DNA of 64,000 nucleotides from NCBI GenBank assembly GCA_002726245.1, contig PBSM01000335.1, forward strand, positions 7,722 through 71,721, written 5' to 3'. This document shows, piece after piece, positions 50,832 through 60,470 of the stretch. Both the position numbers and the translations under genes were made by a program. Position 1 is the first letter of the stretch. The number at the start of each line of letters is the position of its first letter. Under the pieces are notes generated by a model. That model saw only the letters and a program-made list of their open reading frames with translations, was not told where the DNA came from and did no database searches. The stretch comes from Planctomycetaceae bacterium (GTDB taxonomy: Bacteria > Planctomycetota > Planctomycetia > Pirellulales > Pirellulaceae).

Positions 50832-51971
50832 GTGGACAACTTCAAGACATCCGATCTTCGCGGATTGTTGAGAGATGCGTCGAAGCCATGTGTGTCGATC
50901 TACTTGCCGACTCAGGTTACCGCGCCCGATCATCATCAGAATCCGGTCGCCTTGAGCAATCTTCTGCGGAAGGCGGAAGCCAAGTTGCCAGACAGCGAGG
51001 AAGGATGTAGCGGCCTCTTGCGTCCCGCGTGGAAACTGGTCGATGACAAGGCGTTCTGGAAAGGACGGAGCGCAGGGCTGGTGATCTTTGCGTCGCCAAA
51101 TCAATTCCGCTCGTTCCGAGTTCCCGTTGAATTGCCTGAGTTGGCGGAGGTGAACGAACATTTCGTGCTGCGTCCCTTGTTCCCGTTGCTAACAACGAAT
51201 TCGCGATGCTTGCTTCTGACGCTCAGCCGCAATCGTGTGCGGTTGTTCGAGGCAACTCGTTACGAAATCCGCGACATCACGCCCGCCACGATGCCAACCA
51301 ATTTGAAATCCGCCCTGAACACAGACCAGGTCGATCGCGGTTCTCAGACACATTCCGCTGCGCAGGGGACCCGTGGCAAGCAAGCTGCCGTCTTTCATGG
51401 CCAAGGTGGACAAGCCGACACGGTTAAGGAAGAGACCACACAGTTCCTCCGGATGGTCGATACTCCGCTGAGAGAGCTCGGTATCGATCGAACCTTGCCA
51501 TTGGTATTGGCTGGCGTAGATGCTGACGTGGCATCGTTTCGATCCATCACCCGGCATTCACATGTCGTGGACGAACGGGTCCACGGAAACATGGACCACT
51601 TGTCGGACCACGAAGTCCATCAACTTGCCTTACCCGTCCTTGCTTCCGTGTCAGCCAGACGACAGAAGAAAGCGATCACTCGACTGAGAGAACTGAACGG
51701 AGGAAGAGTCACCAACTCGATTCGCGATATCCTTCCGGCCGTTCACGAAGGCCGAGTTGACACTTTGTTTGTTCGCGGTGCGGAGAAAGAATGGGGGATG
51801 TATTTTCCGGACAGCGGACTCGTCCAAATCCATCCTAGCCGCGAGCCTGGTGACGATGATCTCCTAGAGGTGGCCGCCATCGAAACGGCATGTCACGGCG
51901 GGACGGTCTTCACAGTCGAGACCGACGAACTACCGGGCGACTCCCCGGTGGCTGCGATGTTCCGCTACTGA
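50832..51971 (+). CDS. Bacterial eRF1/Pelota-like protein (baeRF family)
   Basis: GGAGGG RBS then GTG at 50832. N-terminal LRGLLRDASKPCVSIYLPT and C-terminal AVHEGRVDTLFVRG ... HGGTVFTVETDE blocks match the baeRF pattern. Confidence 0.55.
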   Translation: MDNFKTSDLRGLLRDASKPCVSIYLPTQVTAPDHHQNPVALSNLLRKAEAKLPDSEEGCSGLLRPAWKLVDDKAFWKGRSAGLVIFASPNQFRSFRVPVELPELAEVNEHFVLRPLFPLLTTNSRCLLLTLSRNRVRLFEATRYEIRDITPATMPTNLKSALNTDQVDRGSQTHSAAQGTRGKQAAVFHGQGGQADTVKEETTQFLRMVDTPLRELGIDRTLPLVLAGVDADVASFRSITRHSHVVDERVHGNMDHLSDHEVHQLALPVLASVSARRQKKAITRLRELNGGRVTNSIRDILPAVHEGRVDTLFVRGAEKEWGMYFPDSGLVQIHPSREPGDDDLLEVAAIETACHGGTVFTVETDELPGDSPVAAMFRY

Positions 51972-52171
51972 TCCCGTTCGCTCGCGTCCAACAGCCCGCG
52001 CTTTGCTCCTTATTGCCTTTGGTCGTGCAGGGCGGTCAACGGCTGGGAGTTGTCAGAAGTGGCATGTTGAGCCATCGCAAGGGAGGATCAGCAGGCAGAA
52101 GCACGTGTCAGTGCGAGACCCGCTGCAGCGTCTCTTCTCTCGAATCGCAAATCGCCCAGAGCGAGTCGAGC

Positions 52172-52465
52172 TTAGTGATGGCTAGGATCTCGCGCTCGTG
52201 ATCTGAGAGGTTGCAGAACGCCATGTTTCCACCAGCGGACACACTTCCAAAGCTTGACAAAGAAGCTGAGCGCGGTTGAGCCGTAGTAATCGGTGTGTTG
52301 AAAGTCCCACACAGCGTTCTTCGCGCGCGTTCCGTCGAGAAGTTGCAATGCCTGGTCGGCGTCCTGCTCGATCTGTTCGAAAACGAGTTCGCTGAGATTC
52401 TGACTTGGCGTAATCACCACCGTCTCGTCAAGTTGTTCGATCAACAAGGAAGTTGCGATTGCCAT
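52172..52465 (-). CDS. STAS-domain protein (anti-sigma-factor antagonist-like)
   Basis: VVITPSQNLSELVFEQIEQDADQALQLL...AVWDFQHTDYYGSTALSFFVKL matches the SpoIIAA-like pattern. Start at the internal Met (MAIATSLL). Confidence 0.5.
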   Translation of the reverse strand: MAIATSLLIEQLDETVVITPSQNLSELVFEQIEQDADQALQLLDGTRAKNAVWDFQHTDYYGSTALSFFVKLWKCVRWWKHGVLQPLRSRARDPSHH

Positions 52466-52521
52466 GACGATCTCCTCAAGTAATGTGACTGCAATACGCC
52501 GAGCACTGCCGTCAACGACAC

Positions 52522-52950
52522 CTATTCTCGTAGGACCAGTACCGGACAATGAGCACAACGCACGACACGTTCGGCAACAGATCCGATCAAGAGTCGCTTG
52601 ATGCCAGTACGGCCGTGCGAAGGGAGTACGATCAGATTCGCAGCGAGATTTTCCGCCAGCTCGGCGATTCGAACACCTGGATCTCCGAAGTCGATGTGTA
52701 GTGAGACCGCTTCGTATTTCCGATCACTCAGGTGGTTTCTCAATTCGTGAATGGCGTGTTCACGGAGCTTCGCATGATCGATTGCCACCCAGATCGCGTC
52801 CGGATGCCCGGACTGCCGTTCGGGCAGAATATGGACGACATGAACGTTGGACGAATCCTCCGCAGCCTCCAGTGCCACATCGACAGCGGCGAGCGATTGC
52901 TCGGAGAAATCAACCGGAACAAGTATCTTGCCCGTTGTTAGCATTTTCAT
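52522..52950 (-). CDS. Universal stress protein (UspA family)
   Basis: GGAGAAAGG RBS. KILVPVDFSEQSLAAVDVALEAA ... LIVLPSHGRTGIKRLLIGSVAERVVRCAHCPVLVL. Confidence 0.7.
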   Translation of the reverse strand: MKMLTTGKILVPVDFSEQSLAAVDVALEAAEDSSNVHVVHILPERQSGHPDAIWVAIDHAKLREHAIHELRNHLSDRKYEAVSLHIDFGDPGVRIAELAENLAANLIVLPSHGRTGIKRLLIGSVAERVVRCAHCPVLVLRE

Positions 52951-53365
52951 GTGCTTGCCTTTCTCCTGGGAGGTCTCGTCCCCTGAAGCCAAACGCAAGA
53001 ACCGCGCCAAACAGCGGACCAACGCGCGTTATCGAGCGAAGACGCGTATCAACCAGCCGCACTCGTGCGGATTCGCACGCTTCAGTGATCGCCCGCCTCT
53101 TGATTGAGCGAGTAGCAAGCGACGCACACTAAGCCAACGGCGCGACGTTTTCAATCAGACGCAATCGTGCGGTGTGCGAAGGGGAGACCTCTGGCGGTTG
53201 GTGCAAGTGGCCATCGCGTCTCGCCACCAGAGCTAAACGAACAACGGCACTAAGGCGATCGCTGCTGCTTGATATCCGGTCAGACCTTCTCGAAGAACTC
53301 GGTAGCCGCGGGAAGGTCCTGCTCGGGAGGAGCAAGGATCGGCAGTGAACTAGATGACGTCGCGC

Positions 53366-54645
53366 TCATTTCCACGGGCGAATCGCATTCTCCTCCGCAG
53401 CACCCTTGTTTCCCAACGTACTTGAGCATTTCATTGCAAGCTGCGGGTCGTGTGAATGAAATGCGTGGTCGAGCATGTCGAGATTGTTACGCGCGTCGAT
53501 AAATCGCAAACAGTGGAGTGGCCTTGCCGTTTGCTCGATACGCATACGAAAGGCTATGACCGTTGGGATGGGCACATGGCAGCGGCATGAAGTCGTCTTC
53601 GCGGAACATACCATCAGTCTGCTTGCAATTCGCTTGATGACGTCCGGGAATGTCATTCGCTGCTCGAGTTGCTCCGGAAGGACGTGTCTCCCGGAGTAAG
53701 TTGCCGGCTGCAGGTTGATGCCGGTTATCCAAGGCCGCTCGATTCCAAACTTGATCAGATCGCCGAGCTGATCGTCGTTCACGCCGCTTTGCAGCGTCGA
53801 TGCGAGCGTGACGTGAACGTCCGCTGCGCCTAAAGCCTCGATCGCTCTCAACTTGATATCGGTCAGCGATTCGCCGCGTAGGCTCTGCGAAATCTCATCC
53901 GTGAACCCATCCAGTTGAAAGAACACCTCAAGTCGCTTGCCGCAGGAGGCGAGCTTGTTGATAAGTTCGGTGTCGTGCGCGAGGCGAATGCCGTTGGTGT
54001 TAATCTGCACATAGTCGATTGGCTGAGCGATCGCATAATCGAGAATCGCTTCGAATTGAAGGTGGATCGTCGGCTCGCCGCCGGAAAGCTGCAGCACTTC
54101 CGGTTTGCCTTCGACCTCGACAAGCCGATCGATTGCGCGATAACAATCTGCGACGGACAAATGCTCGCCACTCGGGCCGCTCGACGCAAAGCACATCGGG
54201 CAATTCAAGTTGCACGAAGATGCGATCTCGACAAGCCCGATACAGGTGTGTTGCTCGTGCTCGGTGCAAAGACCGCAATCGTATGGGCAGCCCTTGTTGG
54301 GTTCGATACCGACTTGCGCAGGAAGCTTCGCTGGCGCCGAGTATTCAAGCCGATCGTACTGCGTCACGTCGCTGCAACAAAGTCCTCGCGTTCGCCATGC
54401 GTCGGACACATCTTGCGAAAGTAAACCCTTCCATCGCGACCGATGATCTTCGCAGGCAGCAAAGTCAAGCATTCAGGGCAGAGACTCTGAGTCGTCCCAA
54501 GAAATGTGTAATCTCGCACTTCCATGACATCCAACTTAGCAGGTCTTTTGCCTCTGGACGCAACGTCGGGCATGGTCGCCATGTCAGTTCCCTCTGTCGC
54601 GAAGATCTCGACGTTCGCATTGTGTCGATGATCGCCAACGAGCAC
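53366..54645 (-). pseudogene. Radical SAM enzyme with N-terminal Cys-rich zinc-ribbon-like domains, frameshifted between 54364 and 54472
   Basis: The main frame carries CNLNCPMCFA (Cx3Cx2C) and an upstream GCPYDCGLCTEHEQH motif. A separate frame at 54364-54645 carries LCPECLTLLPAKIIGRDGRVYFRKMCPTHG. Confidence 0.65.
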
Positions 54646-54788
54646 AACCGAGCCAGTTCGGAACGCGAATCAACAACGAACCTATGACACTTCTCCCGCG
54701 TCCTAACCACGGGCACCATCGCTGCGAGAACTAGCCTGGACCCCGATCTTTCCCAGTTCAGCCGAAGGCTGTAAAATGCGCCGAGTCC

Positions 54789-54870
54789 GGAGGGTATGCG
54801 AATGGCTAGCGGCCTGTTTGGAGTACAGGTGCCCCGTCAGGGGTTGAGGGTTCGAGTCCCTTGCCCTCCG
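54789..54870 (+). tRNA. Class-II (long variable arm) tRNA-like gene, probable tRNA-Ser(GGA). The D-arm does not fold canonically
   Basis: Acceptor GGAGGGT / GCCCTCC. T-arm GAGGG-TTCGAGT-CCCTT. Anticodon arm CCTGT-TTGGAGT-ACAGG. Variable-arm hairpin GCCCCGTCAGGGG. No encoded CCA. Confidence 0.55.
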
Positions 54871-54930
54871 CTTCGAGTTGAAGACATCTTCTTAACCAGT
54901 TGATGGCTTTTACTTTGCGCTCTGACCATT

Positions 54931-56118
54931 TTAATCCTCCTCGGGATTGTGCTGAGTTTGCGCTGAATTCGGATCCGTGTCATTGGCGGGTTTTGACAGC
55001 TTCGCGGCGTCAGACAGCCGTTGCATCGCGTCCTTGGACTCGCGGTCGGCCAAGTGATAGTACCAGTCCAGGATCTCGCGATCGGCATGGCCGATCCATT
55101 GTCGGAGAACTCGCTCTGGTATTCCGCTGTTGGCTGCAAAGCTAATGAAGCTATGCCTGAACGTGTGAAGATGTCCCACGTAACCGAGTCGCTTGAGAAT
55201 GCGTTTCAGATACTGCAGCAAACGACGTTCGGAGATTTGTCGACCAACTTCTGGATGACGTGCAGTGACACGAGCCGTGAATACCCAACGACCGCGCCTC
55301 GGTATCGTCGACAGCATCGCATACAAGCGGTCGGTCATAGGGATTGCGCGTTGATCACCTGATTTCGGTTTCCAGCCATCCTTCGGCCGAATGTGTATCA
55401 ATCGACGTTCAAGATCCACGTCATCGTGGGTTAACCACTTCGCCTCTCCCACGCGAGTTCCCGTTTCCGCTAGGAATATCAATGGTGACTCGTAGGGCGG
55501 CTTGGTGTTCGCGAGAATCTGCTCAACTTGTGCCCGATCCCAGCAGGGCTGAGGTGTCCGCTTCGGCTTGTCGATTTCTAGTTCTCGGAGCGGATTCTCC
55601 GTGATCATTCGGCGTTTGAGAGCAAAGTTGACGAGTTGCTTGATGGAGACCGTATCATTGTGAACCGTTTTGGGCTTAGCAGGCCTTCGACCAGAACCAC
55701 CTCGGCAACGCTCTGCGCGGAATTGGTCCACCATGGCGACGTCGAGTTCTGAGATTCGCTTGCGATTGCCGCGGTCGGCGACCTCTAGCAACAAGTCGTA
55801 GCCGTATTGATACTTCCCGATCGTCTTCTCAGAGCGCCCTTCGCCTCGCCGAGAGGCGATGTATTGGTCAACAACATCCTTGATCAGCGGTGCGCGACGC
55901 TGGTGTTTGTGCTCACCGGACAGGATCTCCTTTTCAATCATCAGTGCTCGTCGGCGAGCCTCCTTCTTGCTGCGAGTTTTAAGTGAGCGGCGAACCTGTC
56001 GATTGCCATGTTGGTAGTTGACGTACCAAACGTCCTTGCGGGCAAAGATCGCAACGAACTCACCGACCCTTTCGTATTGCTGTCCGTCACCGGCTGGTGA
56101 CTGATCATGTTTCATCAT
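54931..56118 (-). CDS. Tyrosine-type site-specific recombinase / phage integrase
   Basis: Catalytic pattern R...HxxR...Y (TGTRVGEAKWL, HTFRHSFISFAANSG, ILDWYYHL). SAM-like N-terminus. Confidence 0.85.
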   Translation of the reverse strand: MMKHDQSPAGDGQQYERVGEFVAIFARKDVWYVNYQHGNRQVRRSLKTRSKKEARRRALMIEKEILSGEHKHQRRAPLIKDVVDQYIASRRGEGRSEKTIGKYQYGYDLLLEVADRGNRKRISELDVAMVDQFRAERCRGGSGRRPAKPKTVHNDTVSIKQLVNFALKRRMITENPLRELEIDKPKRTPQPCWDRAQVEQILANTKPPYESPLIFLAETGTRVGEAKWLTHDDVDLERRLIHIRPKDGWKPKSGDQRAIPMTDRLYAMLSTIPRRGRWVFTARVTARHPEVGRQISERRLLQYLKRILKRLGYVGHLHTFRHSFISFAANSGIPERVLRQWIGHADREILDWYYHLADRESKDAMQRLSDAAKLSKPANDTDPNSAQTQHNPEED

Positions 56119-56368
56119 TGATTCCTTCGTTGAAGACTCGTTTAATAAGCCGATCGCGAAACACGAGTACGCGTTTGCCGACGCGACGTGAGCACCCGCT
56201 CAGATAACCGCGAGAACGCCACTGATAGAGCGTCTGGAGGGGAACATGCAGCAACGCAGCTGCTTGGGGAAGCGACAGGACAGGAGGATATTCCGCTGCC
56301 CACTTTGCATCCGCAAAGGCGGCGGTGATCTCGCGATCCGTCAAATGGAGTTGATCGGCGGTAGGCAT
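56105..56368 (-). CDS. Excisionase/AlpA-like helix-turn-helix DNA-binding protein
   Basis: LSLPQAAALLHVPLQTLYQWRSRGYL...GKRVLVFRDRL. Overlaps the integrase start by 14 nt. Confidence 0.6.
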   Translation of the reverse strand: MPTADQLHLTDREITAAFADAKWAAEYPPVLSLPQAAALLHVPLQTLYQWRSRGYLSGCSRRVGKRVLVFRDRLIKRVFNEGINDET

Positions 56369-56484
56369 AAATCCAACTCGGTAAGCTCATCGATTCGGCG
56401 ATCGAAATTGCTGTCTTGCGAGTTGAATTTTCCGATGAATGCTAGATTAAATCTAACGGAGATAACTTGGAGGTGACTTGGAGA

Positions 56485-57378
56485 TCACTTCTTTGCCTGC
56501 CACGCGAAGGTCTGACCGCCATCCCGAACGCGGAAGCGAATCTTGAGAAGGCCGTTATTGAGCGAGTTAACCGTCTGGTGGGCGGATTGTTGATCCCAGC
56601 TAGTCCGAGCGGCGACACTCCGCGGCCATTCCGCAGCCTGGAACACGTCAAGGAGTTGTCGAATCTTTGTCGGGAGTTTCATGCACCGAACTCGGCGAAC
56701 GACTTGGCCGCCATACCACAGTTCTCCGGCGGAAGCATCCCACTCCGGTCGCGCTTGTACTTGTTGAACGGCGATGTGCCCCGGCAATTTCCTTAGCAAC
56801 GAGTTGAATTTTGCACTAGTAATGAGATCCGTCTCGTGAGCGACTTCAACAACTGCTTGTAGCCGCGGCACGTGCTTGAGGTGCGTCCACATTCCTATGG
56901 CGCCTTCGAACTGATTGCAATACGTCGTTAGGTCGCCCTGAAGAGACGCGATTTCACTTTCCGACAGGCGCTCCCACAAGACCCTGGCTACAGCCGGTAA
57001 GCGTACACTACGAAATAGATCATTGATTTCCTCGCGCAACGCTGGTCCCAACTTGCTGATGTCTTCGTTTGGCACAATGCTTTTCCTGGACTGGTTGGAG
57101 GCATTTCCGTTTCTCTTGCAATTGATGAATGAATCCACAGAGCAGACATTCACGAGGAAGGCATCTCGCGAAACAGTCAGTTGACTGGCTTCAGCCCGCG
57201 TCCGGTCGCAGCACTCCCTCCCCTCATTATGACAGATTGTCGCCTGAAGGATTAGGCGAATGCGTGGCTCGAAAGTGTACCCTTGAGCGTACTGGGGCTC
57301 CGCAGCGAAGGCCACAAAAGGCGACGAGTTAATGGCCTTCCGCCACCAAGAGATTATGACACGAATTCGTCCATTCAT
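56485..57378 (-). CDS. Hypothetical island protein
   Basis: 297-codon ORF in a moderate-GC segment. An antisense ORF at 56467-56796 competes. No domain recognised. Confidence 0.35.
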   Translation of the reverse strand: MNGRIRVIISWWRKAINSSPFVAFAAEPQYAQGYTFEPRIRLILQATICHNEGRECCDRTRAEASQLTVSRDAFLVNVCSVDSFINCKRNGNASNQSRKSIVPNEDISKLGPALREEINDLFRSVRLPAVARVLWERLSESEIASLQGDLTTYCNQFEGAIGMWTHLKHVPRLQAVVEVAHETDLITSAKFNSLLRKLPGHIAVQQVQARPEWDASAGELWYGGQVVRRVRCMKLPTKIRQLLDVFQAAEWPRSVAARTSWDQQSAHQTVNSLNNGLLKIRFRVRDGGQTFAWQAKK

Positions 57379-57619
57379 TAGCTTGTAGCGATGAGGCGTT
57401 GATGTCGGGTTTCTCGCCTCATTCTGTCATTTTTCACGACTTCTGAGATCTATCTCATCGCTCAGTAGATTGTGACGCATTTTTCGTCATTGTTTAGGTC
57501 ATCATGATGCTCGGTCGAAAGCGATCACCCCGCTGCAACTTTCGGGTCGCGCCGATGACGTCCTATCCAAAAACTCATCAGCGCAGGATCTCGTATTAGC
57601 TGAATGGTCTGCCGCCGTT

Positions 57620-58093
57620 ATGAGGCCCGTTACCGCTCGTCAAGGCGACCATGCCCCTTACGTCCGCGACATCCGCCGCAACGCCCAACGCCCTACAATT
57701 CGCCGACTACTCGATCCGCTACCACTGTTCGGTGCGCGCGAAACAATGGAAGGTTTTCGCCCGTTAACCGCTGGCCAAAACGAAGGACCCGCGGCCTTGG
57801 CGGTCCACGTATTGCACGAGTTGCCGCATTACCAGAGGCATGTCAACCGCCTACGGGGTTGGTCAAGTCATTCGAGCGAAAAGTCGCGTAACACCACCCA
57901 CCGAATGTTCCGCACAACTACGATGATTCGTGCGCCGCCGGTCTGCGCCTTGACTGCACAGATTGCTTCGATCTGCATCTCAAACGTCGAACTTCAGCAG
58001 TTCTTCGCGCGGAAATCACGCCCCAACTCGTTTGTGACGCCGAACTTCACCGCGGAAACATTTGTTGAACCCGACGTGCTGGATCACAGCTAG
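57620..58093 (+). CDS. Hypothetical island protein
   Basis: ORF following the AT-rich divergent region at 57380-57620. Confidence 0.3.
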   Translation: MRPVTARQGDHAPYVRDIRRNAQRPTIRRLLDPLPLFGARETMEGFRPLTAGQNEGPAALAVHVLHELPHYQRHVNRLRGWSSHSSEKSRNTTHRMFRTTTMIRAPPVCALTAQIASICISNVELQQFFARKSRPNSFVTPNFTAETFVEPDVLDHS

Positions 58094-58159
58094 TAGTCGC
58101 CGAATCCCAAGTCACTCCGTCCAGAATCTCCCCGGGATTTTTGTTTCCGACTGTATACT

Positions 58160-59377
58160 TCAGCGGGCAAGTTCGAACGCCCCTAGGTCAGGCGCGTTGC
58201 CGGTATACGATGTTCGAGGAATCTTCAGAAGGACCGTGTCCCGCCGTCTGTAAAGACTCGTCCCGGCATCAACACAGGGGCTGTTACTCCGCAGGCGATG
58301 ATCGCTGTCGAGTTTGGGGTTCTTTGCAATCGTCGATTCCATCACGATATGACTTCCCTCGTTATCGATTTTGTTATTCCACAGCAGGTTGAATGCCAGG
58401 ACAGAATTGCCGTCGACTCGTTTTAAGGCAACCTCTTCAGTGCCGACGATCACGTTGTTGAAGGCCAACAGAAAATCGCCCCCGGTGATGCCGTAATGGT
58501 TGTCGACCAGCGTGTTATTGATGACCTCGATACGCTCCGGAATATCGGCGGCTTCATAATTCTCCGCGGTATTCCCGTTCGCCATACAGCCAAGTGCCGC
58601 CATTTTTGATTGGACAATTACGTTTCGCTCAATGCGGATGATGCGATTGGACTTGTCCGGGTAATCAATGATCTGGATGCCGTCTTCGCCACTGCCAATG
58701 ATCCTGTTGCGGCGGATCACGATGTTGAGCATCTTGCCGCTGTATTTGTGCAAGCGAATTTCAATGCCATCATCTCCATTGTTGCGCATCACGTTATCTT
58801 CGATGACGACTTCGCTCGCTCCGTCCAAATCGACTGCGTCATCGCGATTTTTTTCGAAGATATTTGACCGACAGATGCCACCGCCACTTTCGTAGTCAAT
58901 TGCGTCGCCGTTGTTAATGAAACGATTGTGCGCGATCTCGATCCTCGCGGCACAGCTAATCCCATCGTCACCATTCTTAATGGTGAAGCCGACAATACGG
59001 GTCTTGGAACCCGCGTCCCGTGCCACGGTGATTAGCGTATTTCCACGGCTGGTCTTTCCATCGCGCGAGATCGAACCGTCGAGTACCGTTCGCTGAATAT
59101 CCTTCCTGTCACGACTGGTCAGGAATCGTGAGGCCAACGTGATCTGCTTGCCTTGCAGACGAAGTTGTTCACGATAGACGCCGGGGGCGACCAGGACGGT
59201 GTCTCCGTCGACGGCAACATCGATCGCTTCCTGGATCCGTGCATAGTCTTTTGGAACCTGGATGATCCGTGGTTGGCGTTTGTCCCGGTCGTTTCTGGCT
59301 TCCTCGGCCGACAGAGAAGTCAGCCCACTGGTGAGCAGCCAGGCAACGAACAGAATGGTGGTCGATCGAATTCTCAT
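58160..59377 (-). CDS. Secreted right-handed parallel beta-helix repeat protein (pectate-lyase/NosD-like fold)
   Basis: Signal peptide. Repeated N/D-rich beta-helix rungs (IIGSGEDGIQI, IEDNVMRNNGDDGIEI, NNTLVDNHYGITGG). Confidence 0.7.
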   Translation of the reverse strand: MRIRSTTILFVAWLLTSGLTSLSAEEARNDRDKRQPRIIQVPKDYARIQEAIDVAVDGDTVLVAPGVYREQLRLQGKQITLASRFLTSRDRKDIQRTVLDGSISRDGKTSRGNTLITVARDAGSKTRIVGFTIKNGDDGISCAARIEIAHNRFINNGDAIDYESGGGICRSNIFEKNRDDAVDLDGASEVVIEDNVMRNNGDDGIEIRLHKYSGKMLNIVIRRNRIIGSGEDGIQIIDYPDKSNRIIRIERNVIVQSKMAALGCMANGNTAENYEAADIPERIEVINNTLVDNHYGITGGDFLLAFNNVIVGTEEVALKRVDGNSVLAFNLLWNNKIDNEGSHIVMESTIAKNPKLDSDHRLRSNSPCVDAGTSLYRRRDTVLLKIPRTSYTGNAPDLGAFELAR

Positions 59378-59406
59378 GGTTTAACCCTTTGGACATCACG
59401 AGCCTT

Positions 59407-59433
59407 GGATGCATCAACGGTTCCTGGACTCTT
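59407..59433 (-). promoter_or_regulatory. Conserved upstream motif, copy 1 (GGATGCATCAACGGTTCCTGGA..CTCTT on the plus strand), 29 nt before the beta-helix start
   Basis: 21/22-nt identity with the copy at 60471-60499, in the same orientation and position relative to the gene start. Confidence 0.4.
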
Positions 59434-59465
59434 ACCTTTTCGAGATTCTCCTGTTCGAAAGACCC

Positions 59466-60464
59466 TCAGCGACGAGACAGGTCCCATATCTTGATGGAAT
59501 GGTCGTCGCTGCCGCTCGCCAGCAGTTTTTCGTCCGGCGACCACGTGACACCTCGGACCGGCTTCTCGTGGCCGCTCAGTGTGTGGAGTCGTTGGCCCGT
59601 TGCCGCGTCCCACACCTTGACCGTCTTGTCCTGACTACCGGTCGCCAACTGGGTACCATCCGGTTTCCAGGCGACGCTTTCGATCCGGCGCTTGTGTCCT
59701 TTCAGCACGTGCAGTTTCCGTCCCTCGGGCATCGCCCACAGAATCGCCGTCAGGTCGCGTCCTCCGCTGGCCAGTTTTGTTCCGTCCGGGTTCCAATTCA
59801 CCATTTCAATGGGCTCCGTATGTCCCTTCAGGATTCCGGATGCCTCACCCGCGATGGGGTTCCACAGCCTGACCACGTTATCAAATCCACCGCTGGCCAA
59901 TATCTTTCCGTCGGGACTCCAGGCGACGCTGATGATCAAATCCGTATGCCCCTTGAGAACGTGAAGCGTCTTTCCATCGGTTGCGTTCCACACCTGAACC
60001 GTCTTGTCCTGACTTCCGCTGGCCAATTTCGAGCCACCGGGGCTCCAGACAACGCTCATCACTGGTCTCGTGTGTCCCCGATACGTGTAAAGCTCGCGGC
60101 CGGTTTTCGCATCCCAGACCTTCACGGTTCGGTCATAGCTGGCACTGGCGAGCTTTGTGCCATCCCGATTCCATGCAACGCAATAGACATAATGCGTGTG
60201 CCCCGCGAACGTTTGCCGTTGCTGACCGGATTCCACATCCCAGATTCCGATCGTCTTGTCGAAGCACCCACAGGCCAGCCATTTGCCACCGGGGTGCCAG
60301 GCCAGACCGGTCGTCGAGCCGGAATGGCCTCGCAGTGTTCGATCGGCAGCATGAATGACACGGGAGGCGGCGACACAGTGGACGGCGACCAGAATCAGGT
60401 GCAACACCAGTCGCAATTTACGATTCGTTCTCAACGAGCGATTCCCTTTCTCATCAGCCGCCAC
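59466..60464 (-). CDS. WD40-repeat (7-bladed beta-propeller) protein with N-terminal signal/TM anchor
   Basis: Seven GH...WD-type repeats (LASGSQDKTVQVWN, LASGGFDNVVRLWN, LATGSQDKTVKVWD ...). GTG start. Confidence 0.8.
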   Translation of the reverse strand: MAADEKGNRSLRTNRKLRLVLHLILVAVHCVAASRVIHAADRTLRGHSGSTTGLAWHPGGKWLACGCFDKTIGIWDVESGQQRQTFAGHTHYVYCVAWNRDGTKLASASYDRTVKVWDAKTGRELYTYRGHTRPVMSVVWSPGGSKLASGSQDKTVQVWNATDGKTLHVLKGHTDLIISVAWSPDGKILASGGFDNVVRLWNPIAGEASGILKGHTEPIEMVNWNPDGTKLASGGRDLTAILWAMPEGRKLHVLKGHKRRIESVAWKPDGTQLATGSQDKTVKVWDAATGQRLHTLSGHEKPVRGVTWSPDEKLLASGSDDHSIKIWDLSRR

Positions 60465-60470
60465 GCGCTA

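Noticed and set aside
54789-54870. tRNA-Sec (selC) interpretation of the long-variable-arm tRNA-like gene
   Set aside because: No TCA anticodon in a 7-nt loop. No 8/9-bp acceptor stem. The anticodon loop reads GGA (Ser).
56467-56796. Plus-strand ORF antisense to hypothetical gene 56485-57378
   Set aside because: It is shorter and fully overlapped by the longer minus-strand ORF. Neither has domain support, so only the longer one is listed, at low confidence.
58094-58160. Possible bidirectional terminator (CCCCGGGA + TTTTTGTTT) between convergent genes
   Set aside because: The stem is only about 4 bp with essentially no loop. That is too weak to call.
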